Assembly: GCA_964016885.1 (NCBI GenBank)
Contig: CAXHJY010000096.1
Coordinates: 1,550,001 to 1,614,000 of the forward strand
Origin: Eledone cirrhosa
Taxonomy: Eukaryota
Direction of reading: 5' to 3'
DNA length: 64,000 bases
The position numbers and the translations under genes were made by a program. Positions 38,501 through 52,700 of this stretch are shown here, piece after piece (position 1 is the first letter of the stretch; every line of letters begins with the position of its first letter). The notes under the pieces were generated by a model. It had not been told where the DNA came from. It worked only from the letters and a program-made list of their open reading frames with translations, and did no database searches.

Positions 38501-41500
38501 AAATCAGGGGGAGATAATTTGTAAAAAAAATCAAGGGGAGATAATTTCCAGCCGTCCAAGGGAAGATAATTTCCAGCCCTCCAAGGGGCTATAATTTCCA
38601 GTGTCCAAGGGGAGATAATTTCCAGCCAGCGAAGGGGAGATAATTTTTTTTTAAAAATCATTGGGAGATTTGTAAAAAAAATCAGGGGGAGATAATTTGT
38701 AAAAAAAATCAAGGGGAGATAATTTCCAGCCGTCCAAGGGGAGGTAATATCTAGCCGTCCAAGGGGAGATAATTTCCAGCCGTCCAAGGGGAGATAATTT
38801 CCAGCCGTCCCAGGGTAGATAATATCCAGCCGCCCAAGGACATATTTTCCAGCCGTCCAAGGAGAGGTAATTTCTAGCCGTCCAAGGGGAGATAAATTCC
38901 AGCCTCCAAGGGGAGATAATTTCCAGCCAGCCAAGGGGAGATAATTTGTAAAAAAATCAGGGGGAGATAATTTGTAAAAAAAATCAGGGGGAGATAATTT
39001 GTAAAAAAAAATCAGGGGGAGATAATTTGTAAAAAAAAATCAGGGGGAGATAATTTGCAAAAAAAATCAGGGGGAGATAATTTGTAAAAAAAAATCAGGG
39101 GTAGATAATTTGTAAAAAAAAATCAGGGGGAGATAATTTGTAAAAAAAAATCAGGGGGAGATAATTTGTAAAAAAAATCAAGGGGAGATAATTTCCAGCC
39201 GTCCAAGGAGAGATAATTTAAAAAAAAATCAGGCGGAGATAATTTGTAAAAAAAAATCAGGGGGAGATAATTTGTAAAAAAAATCAGGGGGAGATAATTT
39301 GTAAAAAAAAATCAGGGGTAGATAATTTGTAAAAAAAATCAGGGGGAGATAATTTGTAAAAAAAAATCAGGGGGAGATAATTTGTAAAAAAAATCAAGGG
39401 GAGATAATTTCCAGCCGTCCAAGGAGAGATAATTTTAAAAAAAATCAGGCGGAGATAATTTGTAAAAAAAAATTAGGGGGAGATAATTTGTAAAAAAAAA
39501 TCAGGGGGAGATAATTTGTAAAAAAAATCAAGGGGAGATAATTTCCAGCCGTCCAAGGGGAGATAATTTTTAGCCGTCCAAGGGGAGATAATTTCCCGCC
39601 AGCCAAGGGAAGATAATATTCAAAAAAATCAGGCGGAGATAATTTGTAAAAAAAATCAGGGGGAGATAATTTGTAAAAAAATCAGGGGGAGATAATTTGT
39701 AAAAAAAAAAATCAGGGGGAGATAATTTGTAAAAAAAATCAGGGGGAGATAATTTGTAAAAAAAAATCAGGGGTAGATAATTTGTAAAAAAAAATCAGGG
39801 GGAGATAATTTGTAAAAAAAAATCAGGGGGAGATAATTTGTAAAAAAAATGAAAGGGGAGATAATATCCAGCCGTCCAAGGGGAGATAATTTCCAGCCGT
39901 CCAAGGGGAGATAATTTCCAGCCGTCCAAGGGGAGATAATTTCCATCCTTCCAAGGGGATATAATTTCCAGCCGTCCAAGGGGAGATAATTTCCATCCTT
40001 CCAAGGGGATATAATTTCCAGCCGTCCAAGGGGAGATAATTTTCAGCCGTCCAAGGAGAGGTAATTTCTAGCCGTCCAAGGAGAGATAATTTCCAGCCGT
40101 CCAAGGGGAGATAATTTCCAGCCGTCCAAGGGGAGATAATTTCCAGCCGTCCAAGGAGACATATTTTCCAGCCGTCCAAGGAGAGGTAATTCCTAGCCGT
40201 CCAAGGGGAGATAAATTCCAGCCTCCAAGGGGAGATAATTTCCAGCCAGCCAAGGGGAGATAATTTGTAAAAAAAATCAGGGGGAGATAATTTGTAAAAA
40301 AAATCAGGGGGAGATAATTTGTAAAAAAAAATCAGGGGGAGATAATTTGTAAAAAATAATCAGGGGGAGATAATTTGTAAAAAAAATCAAGGGGAGATAA
40401 TTTCCAGCCGTCCAAGGGGAGATAATTTTCAGCCGTCCAAGGGGAGATAATTTCCCGCCAGCCAAGGGAAGATAATATTTAAAAAAATTAGGCGGAGATA
40501 ATTTGTAAAAAAAATCAGGGGGAGATAATTTGTAAAAAAATCAGGGGGAGATAATTTGTAAAAAAAATCAGGGGGAGATAATTTGTAAAAAAAATCAGGG
40601 GGAGATAATTTGTAAAAAAAAATCAGGGGGAGATAATTTGTAAAAAAAATCAAGGGGAGATAATTTCCAGCCGTCCAAGGGAAGATAATTTCCAGCCCTC
40701 CAAGGGGCTATAATTTCCAGCGTCCAAGGGGAGATAATTTCCAGCCAGCGAAGGGGAGATAATTTTTTTTAAAAAATCATTGGGAGATTTGTAAAAAAAA
40801 TCAGGGGGAGATAATTTGTAAAAAAAATCAAGGGGAGATAATTTCCAGCCGTCCAAGGGGAGGTAATATCTAGCCGTCCAAGGGGAGATAATTTCCAGCC
40901 GTCCAAGGGGAGATAATTTCCAGCCGTCCAAGGGTAGATAATATCCAGCCGTCCAAGGACATATTTTCCAGCCGTCCAAGGAGAGGTAATTTCTAGCCGT
41001 CCAAGGGGAGATAAATTCCAGCCTCCAAGGTGAGATAATTTCCAGCCAGCCAAGGGGAGATAATTTGTAAAAAAATCAGGGGGAGATAATTTGTAAAAAA
41101 AATCAGGGGGAGATAATTTGTAAAAAAAAATCAGGGGGAGATAATTTGTAAAAAAAAATCAGGGGGAGATAATTTGTAAAAAAAAATCAGGGGGAGATAA
41201 TTTGTAAAAAAATCAAGGGGAGATAATTTCCAGCCGTCCAAGGGGAGATAATTTTCAGCCGTCCAAGGGGAGATAATTTCCCGCCAGCCAAGGGAAGATA
41301 ATATTTGAAAAAATCAGGCGGAGATAATTTGTAAAAAAAATCAGGGGGAGATAATTTGTAAAAAAATCAGGGGGAGATAATTTGTAAAAAAAAAATCAGG
41401 GGGAGATAATTTGTAAAAAGAATCAGGGGGAGATAATTTGTAAAAAAAAATCAGGGGTAGATAAATTGTAAAAAAAAATCAGGGGGAGATAATTTGTAAA

Positions 41501-44500
41501 AAAAATCAGGGGGAGATAATTTGTAAAAAAAATGAAAGGGGAGATAATATCCAGCCGTCCAAGGGGAGATAATTTCCAGCCGTCCAAGGGGAGATAATTT
41601 CCAGCCGTCCAAGGGGAGATAATTTCCATCCTTCCAAGGGGATATAATTTCCAGCCGTCCAAGGGGAGATAATTTCCCGCCAGCCAAGGGAAGATAATTT
41701 TTAAAAAAATCAGGCGGAGATTGTAAAAAAAATCAGGGGGGAGATAATTTGTAAAAAAATCAGGGGGAGATAATTTGTAAAAAAAAATCAGGGGGAGATA
41801 ATTTGTAAAAAATAATCAGGGGGAGATAATTTGTAAAAAAAAATCAAGGGGAGATAATTTCCAGCCGTCCAAGGGGAGATAACTTCCCGCCAGCCAAGGG
41901 AAGATAATATTTAAAAAAATTAGGCGGAGATAATTTGTAAAAAATAATCAGGGGGAGATAATTTGTAAAAAAAAATCAAGGGGAGATAATTTCCAGCCGT
42001 CCAAGGGGAGATAATTTTCAGCCGTCCAAGGAGAGGTAATTTCTAGCCGTCCAAGGGGAGATAATTTCCAGCCGTCCAAGGGGAGGTAATTTCCAGCCGT
42101 CCAAGGGGAGATAATTTAAAAAAAAAATCAGGCGGAGATAATTTGTAAAAAAAATCAAGGGGAGATAATTTGCAGCCGTCCAAGGGGAGATAATTTTCAG
42201 TCGTCCAAGGAGAGGTAATTTCTAGCCGTCCAAGGGGAGATAATTGCCAGCCGTCCAAGGGGAGATAATTTCCAGCCGTCCAAGGGGAGATAATTTTTTT
42301 TAAAAAATCAGGCGGAGATAATTTGTAAAAAAAATCAGGGGGAGATAATTTGTAAACAAAATCAGGGGGAGATAATTTGTAAAAAAAAATCAGGGGGAGA
42401 TAATTTGTAAAAAAAATCATGGAGAGATAATTTCCAGCCGTCCAAGGTGAGATAATTTCCAGCCGTCCAAGGAGACATATTTTCCAGCCGTCCAAGGCGA
42501 GGTAATTTCTAGCCGTCCAAGGGGAGATAAATTCCAGCCTCCAAGGGGAGATAATTTCCAGCTAGCCAAGTGGAGATAATTTGTAAAAAAATCAGGGGGA
42601 GATAATTTGTAAAAAATATCAGGGAGATAATTTGTAAAAAAAAATCAGGGGGAGATAATTTGTAAAAAAAATCAGGGGGAGATAATTTGTAAAAAAAAAT
42701 CAGGGGGAGATAATTTGTAAAAAAAATCAAGGGGAGATAATTTCCAGCCGTCCAAGGGGAGATAATTTTCAGCCGTCCAAGGGGAGATAATTTCCCGCCA
42801 GCCAAGGGAAGATAATATTTAAAAAAATCAGGCGGAGATAATTTGTAAAAAAAATCAGGGGGAGATAATTTGTAAAAAAATCAGGGGGAGATAATTTGTA
42901 AAAAAAAAATCAGGGGGAGATAATTTGTAAAAAAAATCAGGGGGAGATAATTTGTAAAAAAAAATCAGGGATAGATAATTTGTAAACAAAAATCAGGGGG
43001 AGATAATTTGTAAAAAAAAATCAGGGGGAGATAATTTGTAAAAAAAATGAAAGGGGAGATAATATCCAGCCGTCCAAGGGGAGATAATTTCCAGCCGTCC
43101 AAGGGGATATAATTTCCAGCCGTCCAAGGGGAGATAATTTCCATCCTTCCAAGGGGATATAATTTCCAGCCGTCCAAGGGGAGATAATTTCCCGCCAGCC
43201 AAGGGAAGATAATTTTTAAAAAAATCAGGCGGAGATTGTAAAAAAAATCAGGGGGGAGATAATTTGTAAAAAAATCAGGGGGAGATAATTTGTAAAAAAT
43301 AATCAGGGGGAGATAATTTGTAAAAAAATTCAAGGGGAGATAATTTCCAGCCGTCCAAGGGGAGATAATTTCCCGCCAGCCAAGGGAAGATAATATTTAA
43401 AAAAATTAGGCGGAGATAATTTGTAAAAAAAATCAGGTGGAGATAATTTGTAAAAAAATCAGGGGGAGATAATTTGTAAAAAAAATCAGGGGGAGATAAT
43501 TTGTAAAAAAAATCATGGGGAGATAATTTGTAAAAAAAAATCAGGAGTAGATAATTTGTAAAAAAAAATCAGGGGGAGATAATTTGTAAAAAAAAATCAG
43601 GGGGAGATAATTTGTAAAAAAAATCAAGGGGAGATAATATCCAGCCGTCCAAGGAGAGATAATTTTAAAAAAAAATGAGGCGGAGATAATTTGTAAAAAA
43701 AAAATCAGGGGGAGTTAATTTGTAAAAAAAAATGAGGGGGAGATAATTTGTAAAAAAAATCAAGGGGAGATAATTTCCAGCCGTCCAAGGGGAGATAATT
43801 TTCAGCCGTCCAAGGAGAGGTAATTTCTAGCCGTCCAAGGGGAGATAATTTCCAGCCGTCCAAGGGGAGGTAATTTCCAGCCGTCCAAGGGGAGATAATT
43901 TTTAAAAAAAAATCAGGCGGAGATAATTTGTAAAAAAAATCAAGGGGAGATAATTTGCAGCCGTCCAAGGGGAGATAATTTTCAGTCGTCCAAGGAGAGG
44001 TAATTTCTAGCCGTCCAAGGGGAGATAATTTCCAGCCGTCCAAGGGGAGATAATTTCCAGCCGTCCAAGGGGAGATAATTTTTTTTAAAAAATCAGGCGG
44101 AGATAATTTGTAAAAAAAATCAGGGGGAGATAATTTGTAAACAAAATCAGGGGGAGATAATTTGTAAAAAAAAATCAGGGGGAGATAATTTGTAAAAAAA
44201 ATTAGGCGTAGATAATTTGTAAAAAAAAATCAGGGGGAGATAATTTGTAAAAAAAAATCAGGGGGAGATAATTTGTTTAAAAAATCAAGGGGAGATAATT
44301 TGCAGCCGTCCAAGGGGAGATAATTTTCAGCCGTCCAAGGAGAGGTAATTTCTAGCCGTTCAAGGGGAGATAATTTCCAGCCGTCCAAGGGGAGATAATT
44401 TCCAGCCGTCCAAGGGGAGATAATTTTTTTTAAAAAATCAGGCGGAGATAATTTGTAAAAAAAAATCAGGGGGAGATAATTCGTAAAAAAAAATCAGGGG

Positions 44501-47489
44501 GAGATAATTTGTAAAAAAAATCAAGGGGAGATAATTTCCAGCCGTCCAAGGGGAGGTAATATCTAGCCGTCCAAGGGGAGATAATTTCCAGCCGTCCAAG
44601 GGGAGATAATTTCCAGCCGTCCAAGGGGAGATAATTTCCAGCCGTCCAAGGAGACATATTTTCCAGCCGTCCAAGGCGAGGTAATTTCTAGCCGTCCAAG
44701 GGGAGATTAATTCCAGCCTCCAAGGGGAGATAATTTCCAGCCAGCCAAGGGGAGATAATTTGTAAAAAAATCAGGGGGAGATAATTTGTAAAAAATATCA
44801 GGGAGATAATTTGTAAAAAAAAATCAGGGGGAGATAATTTGTAAAAAAAATCAGGGGGAGATAATTTGTAAAAAAAAATCAGGGGGAGATAATTTGTAAA
44901 AAAAATCAAGGGGAGATAATTTCCAGCCGTCCAAGGGGAGATAATTTTCAGCCGTCCAAGGAGAGGTAATTTCTAATCCGTCCGAGGAGAGATAATTTCC
45001 AGCCGTCCAAGGGGAGATAATTTCCAGCCGTCCAAGGGGAGATAATTTCCAGCCGTCCAAGGAGACATATTTTCCAGCCGTCCAAGGAGAGGTAATTTCT
45101 AGCCGTCCAAGGGGAGATAAATTCCAGCCTCCAAGGGGAGATAATTTCCAGCCAGCCAAGGGGAGATAATTTGTAAAAAAATCAGGGGGAGATAATTTGC
45201 AAAAAAAATCAGGGGGAGATAATTTGTAAAAAAAATCAGGGGGAGATAATTTGTAAAAAATAATCAGGGGGAGATAATTTCCAGCCGTCCAAGGGAAGAT
45301 AATTTCCAGCCCTCCAAGGGGCTATAATTTCCAGTGTCCAAGGGGAGATAATTTCCAGCCAGCGAAGGGGAGATAATTTTTTTTAAAAAATCATTGGGAG
45401 ATTTGTAAAAAAAATCAGGGGGAGATAATTTGTAAAAAAAATCAAGGGGACATAATTTCCAGCCGTCCAAGGGGAGGTAATATCTAGCCGTCCAAGGGTA
45501 GATAATTTCCAGCCGTCCAACGGGAGATAATTTCCAGCCGTCCAAGGGTAGATAATATCCAGCCGCCCAAGGACATATTTTCCAGCCGTCCAAGGAGAGG
45601 TAATTTCTAGCCGTCCAAGGGGAGATAATTTCCAGCCGTCCAAGGGTAGATAATATCCAGCCGTCCAAGGACATATTTTCCAGCCGTCCAAGGAGAGGTA
45701 ATTTCTAGCCGTCCAAGGGGAGATAAATTCCAGCCTCCAAGGGGAGATAATTTCCAGCCAGCCAAGGGGAGATAATTTGTAAAAAAATCAGGGGGAGATA
45801 ATTTGTAAAAAAAATCAGGGGGAGATAATTTGTAAAAAAAAATCAGGGGGAGATAATTTGTAAAAAAAAATCAGGGTGAGATAATTTGCAAAAAAAATCA
45901 GGGGGAGATAATTTGTAAAAAAAAATCAGGGGTAGATAATTTGTAAAAAAAAATCAGGGGGAGATAATTTGTAAAAAAAAATCAGGGGGAGATAATTTGT
46001 AAAAAAAATCAAGGGGAGATAATTTCCAGCCGTCCAAGGAGAGATAATTTAAAAAAAAATCAGGCGGAGATAATTTGTAAAAAAAAATCAGGGGGAGATA
46101 ATTTGTAAAAAAAATCAGGGGGAGATAATTTGTAAAAAAAAATCAGGGGTAGATAATTTGTAAAAAAAAATCAGGGGGAGATAATTTGTAAAAAAAAATC
46201 AGGAGGAGATAATTTGTAAAAAAAATCAAGGGGAGATAATTTCCAGCCGTCCAAGGAGAGATAATTTAAAAAAAAATCAGGCGGAGATAATTTGTAAAAA
46301 AAAATCAGGGGGAGATAATTTGTAAAAAAAAATCAGGGGGAGATAATTTGTAAAAAAAATCAAGGGGAGATAATTTCCAGCCGTCCAAGGGGAGATAATT
46401 TTCAGCCGTCCAAGGGGAGATAATTTCCAGCCAGCGAAGGGGAGATAATTTTTTTTTAAAAATCATTGGGAGATTTGTAAAAAAAATCAGGGGGAGATAA
46501 TTTGTAAAAAAAAATCAAGGGGAGATAATTTCCAGCCGTCCAAGGGGAGGTAATATCTAGCCGTCCAAGGGGAGATAATTTCCAGCCGTCCAAGGGGAGA
46601 TAATTTCCAGCCGTCCCAGGGTAGATAATATCCAGCAGCCCAAGGACATATTTTCCAGCCGTCCAAGGAGAGGTAATTTCTAGCCGTCCAAGGGGAGATA
46701 AATTCCAGCCTCCAAGGGGAGATAATTTCCAGCCAGCCAAGGGGAGATAATTTGTAAAAAAATCAGGGGGAGATAATTTGTAAAAAAAATCAGGGGGATA
46801 TAATTTGTAAAAAAAAATCAGGGGGAGATAATTTGTAAAAAAAAATCAGGGGGAGATAATTTGCAAAAAAAATCAGGGGGAGATAATTTGTAAAAAAAAA
46901 TCAGGGGTAGATAATTTGTAAAAAAAAATCAGGGGGAGATAATTTGTAAAAAAAAATCAGGGGGAGATAATTTGTAAAAAAAATCAAGGGGAGATAATTT
47001 CGAGCCGTCCAAGGAGAGATAATTTTAAAAAAAATCAGGCGGAGATAATTTGTAAAAAAAAATCAGGGGGAGATAATTTGTAAAAAAAATCAGGGGGAGA
47101 TAATTTGTAAAAAAAAATCAGGGGTAGATAATTTGTAAAAAAAAATCAGGGGGAGATAATTTGTAAAAAAAAATCAGGGGGAGATAATTTGTAAAAAAAA
47201 TCAAGGGGAGATAATTTCCAGCCGTCCAAGGAGAGATAATTTTAAAAAAAATCAGGCGGAGATAATTTGTAAAAAAAAATTAGGGGGAGATAATTTGTAA
47301 AAAAAAATCAGGGGGAGATAATTTGTAAAAAAAATCAAGGGGAGATAATTTCCAGCCGTCCAAGGGGAGATAATTTTCAGCCGTCCAAGGGGAGATAATT
47401 TCCCGCCAGCCAAGGGAAGATAATATTCAAAAAAATCAGGCGGAGATAATTTGTAAAAAAAATCAGGGGGAGATAATTTGTAAAAAAAT

Positions 47490-49750
47490 CAGGGGGAGAT
47501 AATTTGTAAACAAAATCAGGGGGAGATAATTTGTAAAAAAAAATCAGGGGGAGATAATTTGTAAAAAAAATTAGGCGTAGATAATTTGTAAAAAAAAATC
47601 AGGGGGAGATAATTTGTAAAAAAAAATCAGGGGGAGATAATTTGTTTAAAAAATCAAGGGGAGATAATTTGCAGCCGTCCAAGGGGAGATAATTTTCAGC
47701 CGTCCAAGGAGAGGTAATTTCTAGCCGTTCAAGGGGAGATAATTTCCAGCCGTCCAAGGGGAGATAATTTCCAGCCGTCCAAGGGGAGATAATTTTTTTT
47801 AAAAAATCAGGCGGAGATAATTTGTAAAAAAAATCAGGGGGAGATAATTCGTAAAAAAAAATCAGGGGGAGATAATTTGTAAAAAAAAATCAGGGGGAGA
47901 TAATTTGTAAAAAAAATCAAGGGGAGATAATTTCCAGCCGTCCAAGGGGAGGTAATATCTAGCCGTCCAAGGGGAGATAATTTCCAGCCGTCCAAGGGGA
48001 GATAATTTCCAGCCGTCCAAGGGGAGATAATTTCCAGCCGTCCAAGGAGACATATTTTCCAGCCGTCCAAGGCGAGGTAATTTCTAGCCGTCCAAGGGGA
48101 GATTAATTCCAGCCTCCAAGGGGAGATAATTTCCAGCCAGCCAAGGGGAGATAATTTGTAAAAAAATCAGGGGGAGATAATTTGTAAAAAATATCAGGGA
48201 GATAATTTGTAAAAAAAAATCAGGGGGAGATAATTTGTAAAAAAAATCAGGGGGAGATAATTTGTAAAAAAAAATCAGGGGGAGATAATTTGTAAAAAAA
48301 ATCAAGGGGAGATAATTTCCAGCCGTCCAAGGGGAGATAATTTTCAGCCGTCCAAGGAGAGGTAATTTCTAACCGTCCGAGGAGAGATAATTTCCAGCCG
48401 TCCAAGGGGAGATAATTTCCAGCCGTCCAAGGGGAGATAATTTCCAGCCGTCCAAGGAGACATATTTTCCAGCCGTCCAAGGAGAGGTAATTTCTAGCCA
48501 GCCAAGGGGAGATAATTTGTAAAAAAATCAGGGGGAGATAATTTGCAAAAAAAATCAGGGGGAGATAATTTGTAAAAAAAATCAGGGGGAGATAATTTGT
48601 AAAAAATAATCAGGGGGAGATAATTTCCAGCCGTCCAAGGGAAGATAATTTCCAGCCCTCCAAGGGGCTATAATTTCCAGTGTCCAAGGGGAGATAATTT
48701 CCAGCCAGCGAAGGGGAGATAATTTTTTTTAAAAAATCATTGGGAGATTTGTAAAAAAAATCAGGGGGAGATAATTTGTAAAAAAAATCAAGGGGAGATA
48801 ATTTCCAGCCGTCCAAGGGGAGGTAATATCTAGCCGTCCAAGGGTAGATAATTTCCAGCCGTCCAACGGGAGATAATTTCCAGCCGTCCAAGGGTAGATA
48901 ATATCCAGCCGCCCAAGGACATATTTTCCAGCCGTCCAAGGAGAGGTAATTTCTAGCCGTCCAAGGGGAGATAATTTCCAGCCGTCCAAGGGTAGATAAT
49001 ATCCAGCCGTCCAAGGACATATTTTCCAGCCGTCCAAGGAGAGGTAATTTCTAGCCGTCCAAGGGGAGATAAATTCCAGCCTCCAAGGGGAGATAATTTC
49101 CAGCCAGCCAAGGGGAGATAATTTGTAAAAAAATCAGGGGGAGATAATTTGTAAAAAAAATCAGGGGGAGATAATTTGTAAAAAAAAATCAGGGGGAGAT
49201 AATTTGTAAAAAAAAATCAGGGTGAGATAATTTGCAAAAAAAATCAGGGGGAGATAATTTGTAAAAAAAAATCAGGGGTAGATAATTTGTAAAAAAAAAT
49301 CAGGGGGAGATAATTTGTAAAAAAAAATCAGGGGGAGATAATTTGTAAAAAAAATCAAGGGGAGATAATTTCCAGCCGTCCAAGGAGAGAAAATTTAAAA
49401 AAAAATCAGGCGGAGATAATTTGTAAAAAAAAATCAGGGGGAGATAATTTGTAAAAAAAATCAGGGGGAGATAATTTGTAAAAAAAAATCAGGGGTAGAT
49501 AATTTGTAAAAAAAAATCAGGGGGAGATAATTTGTAAAAAAAAATCAGGAGGAGATAATTTGTAAAAAAAATCAAGGGGAGATAATTTCCAGCCGTCCAA
49601 GGAGAGATAATTTAAAAAAAAATCAGGCGGAGATAATTTGTAAAAAAAAATCAGGGGGAGATAATTTGTAAAAAAAAATCAGGGGGAGATAATTTGTAAA
49701 AAAAATCAAGGGGAGATAATTTCCAGCCGTCCAAGGGGAGATAATTTTCA
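47490..49750 (+). repeat. Internal duplication of about 44,120-46,410 (offset ~3,350-3,400) that enlarges one higher-order unit to ~10.55 kb
   Basis: ORF pairs 44688/48084 (3396) and 45264/48610 (3346). Shared variants GAGATTAATTCC, CAGGGTGAG and CCGTTCAAGG. Confidence 0.85.
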
Positions 49751-52700
49751 GCCGTCCAAGGGGAGATAATTTCCCGCCAGCCAAGGGAAGATAATATTCA
49801 AAAAAATCAGGCGGAGATAATTTGTAAAAAAAATCAGGGGGAGATAATTTGTAAAAAAATCAGGGGGAGATAATTTGTAAAAAAAAAATCAGGGGTAGAT
49901 AATTTGTAAAAAAAATCAGGGGGAGATAATTTGTAAAAAAAAATCAGGGGGAGATAATTTGTAAAAAAAATCAAGGGGAGATAATTTCCAGCCGTCCAAG
50001 GAGAGATAATTTTAAAAAAAATCAGGCGGAGATAATTTGTAAAAAAAAATTAGGGGGAGATAATTTGTAAAAAAAAATCAGGGGGAGATAATTTGTAAAA
50101 AAAATCAAGGGGAGATAATTTCCAGCCGTCCAAGGGGAGATAATTTTTAGCCGTCCAAGGGGATATAATTTCCCGCCAGCCAAGGGAAGATAATATTCAA
50201 AAAAATCAGGCGGAGATAATTTGTAAAAAAAATCAGGGGGAGATAATTTGTAAAAAAATCAGGGGGAGATAATTTGTAAAAAAAAAAAATCAGGGGGAGA
50301 TAATTTGTAAAAAAAATCAGGGGGAGATAATTTGTAAAAAAAAATCAGGGGTAGATAATTTGTAAAAAAAAATCAGGGGGAGATAATTTGTAAAAAAAAA
50401 TCAGGGGGAGATAATTTGTAAAAAAAATGAAAGGGGAGATAATATCCAGCCGTCCAAGGGGAGATAATTTCCAGCCGTCCAAGGGGAGATAATTTCCAGC
50501 CGTCCAAGGGGAGATAATTTCCATCCTTCCAAGGGGATATAATTTCCAGCCGTCCAAGGGGAGATAATTTCCATCCTTCCAAGGGGATATAATTTCCAGC
50601 CGTCCAAGGGGAGATAATTTTCAGCCGTCCAAGGAGAGGTAATTTCTAGCCGTCCAAGGAGAGATAATTTCCAGCCGTCCAAGGGGAGATAATTTCCAGC
50701 CGTCCAAGGGGAGATAATTTCCAGCCGTCCAAGGAGACATATTTTCCAGCCGTCCAAGGAGAGGTAATTCCTAGCCGTCCAAGGGGAGATAAATTCCAGC
50801 CTCCAAGGGGAGATAATTTCCAGCCAGCCAAGGGGAGATAATTTGTAAAAAAAATCAGGGGGAGATAATTTGTAAAAAAAATCAGGGGGAGATAATTTGT
50901 AAAAAAAAATCAGGGGGAGATAATTTGTAAAAAATAATCAGGGGGAGATAATTTGTAAAAAAAATCAAGGGGAGATAATTTCCAGCCGTCCAAGGGGAGA
51001 TAATTTTCAGCCGTCCAAGGGGAGATAATTTCCCGCCAGCCAAGGGAAGATAATATTTAAAAAAATTAGGCGGAGATAATTTGTAAAAAAAATCAGGGGG
51101 AGATAATTTGTAAAAAAATCAGGGGGAGATAATTTGTAAAAAAAATCAGGGGGAGATAATTTGTAAAAAAAATCAGGGGGAGATAATTTGTAAAAAAAAA
51201 TCAGGGGGAGATAATTTGTAAAAAAAATCAAGGGGAGATAATTTCCAGCCGTCCAAGGGAAGATAATTTCCAGCCCTCCAAGGGGCTATAATTTCCAGCG
51301 TCCAAGGGGAGATAATTTCCAGCCAGCGAAGGGGAGATAATTTTTTTTAAAAAATCATTGGGAGATTTGTAAAAAAAATCAGGGGGAGATAATTTGTAAA
51401 AAAAATCAAGGGGAGATAATTTCCAGCCGTCCAAGGGGAGGTAATATCTAGCCGTCCAAGGGGAGATAATTTCCAGCCGTCCAAGGGGAGATAATTTCCA
51501 GCCGTCCAAGGGTAGATAATATCCAGCCGTCCAAGGACATATTTTCCAGCCGTCCAAGGAGAGGTAATTTCTAGCCGTCCAAGGGGAGATAAATTCCAGC
51601 CTCCAAGGTGAGATAATTTCCAGCCAGCCAAGGGGAGATAATTTGTAAAAAAAATCAGGGGGAGATAATTTGTAAAAAAAAATCAGGGGGAGATAATTTG
51701 TAAAAAAAAATCAGGGGGAGATAATTTGTAAAAAAAAATCAGGGGGAGATAATTTGTAAAAAAATCAAGGGGAGATAATTTCCAGCCGTCCAAGGGGAGA
51801 TAATTTTCAGCCGTCCAAGGGGAGATAATTTCCCGCCAGCCAAGGGAAGATAATATTTGAAAAAATCAGGCGGAGATAATTTGTAAAAAAAATCAGGGGG
51901 AGATAATTTGTAAAAAAATCAGGGGGAGATAATTTGTAAAAAAAAAATCAGGGGGAGATAATTTGTAAAAAGAATCAGGGGGAGATAATTTGTAAAAAAA
52001 AATCAGGGGTAGATAAATTGTAAAAAAAAATCAGGGGGAGATAATTTGTAAAAAAAATCAGGGGGAGATAATTTGTAAAAAAAATGAAAGGGGAGATAAT
52101 ATCCAGCCGTCCAAGGGGAGATAATTTCCAGCCGTCCAAGGGGAGATAATTTCCAGCCGTCCAAGGGGAGATAATTTCCATCCTTCCAAGGGGATATAAT
52201 TTCCAGCCGTCCAAGGGGAGATAATTTCCCGCCAGCCAAGGGAAGATAATTTTTAAAAAAATCAGGCGGAGATTGTAAAAAAAATCAGGGGGGAGATAAT
52301 TTGTAAAAAAATCAGGGGGAGATAATTTGTAAAAAAAAATCAGGGGGAGATAATTTGTAAAAAATATTCAGGGGGAGATAATTTGTAAAAAAAAATCAAG
52401 GGGAGATAATTTCCAGCCGTCCAAGGGGAGATAACTTCCCGCCAGCCAAGGGAAGATAATATTTAAAAAAATTAGGCGGAGATAATTTGTAAAAAATAAT
52501 CAGGGGGAGATAATTTGTAAAAAAAAATCAAGGGGAGATAATTTCCAGCCGTCCAAGGGGAGATAATTTTCAGCCGTCCAAGGAGAGGTAATTTCTAGCC
52601 GTCCAAGGGGAGATAATTTCCAGCCGTCCAAGGGGAGGTAATTTCCAGCCGTCCAAGGGGAGATAATTTTAAAAAAAAAATCAGGCGGAGATAATTTGTA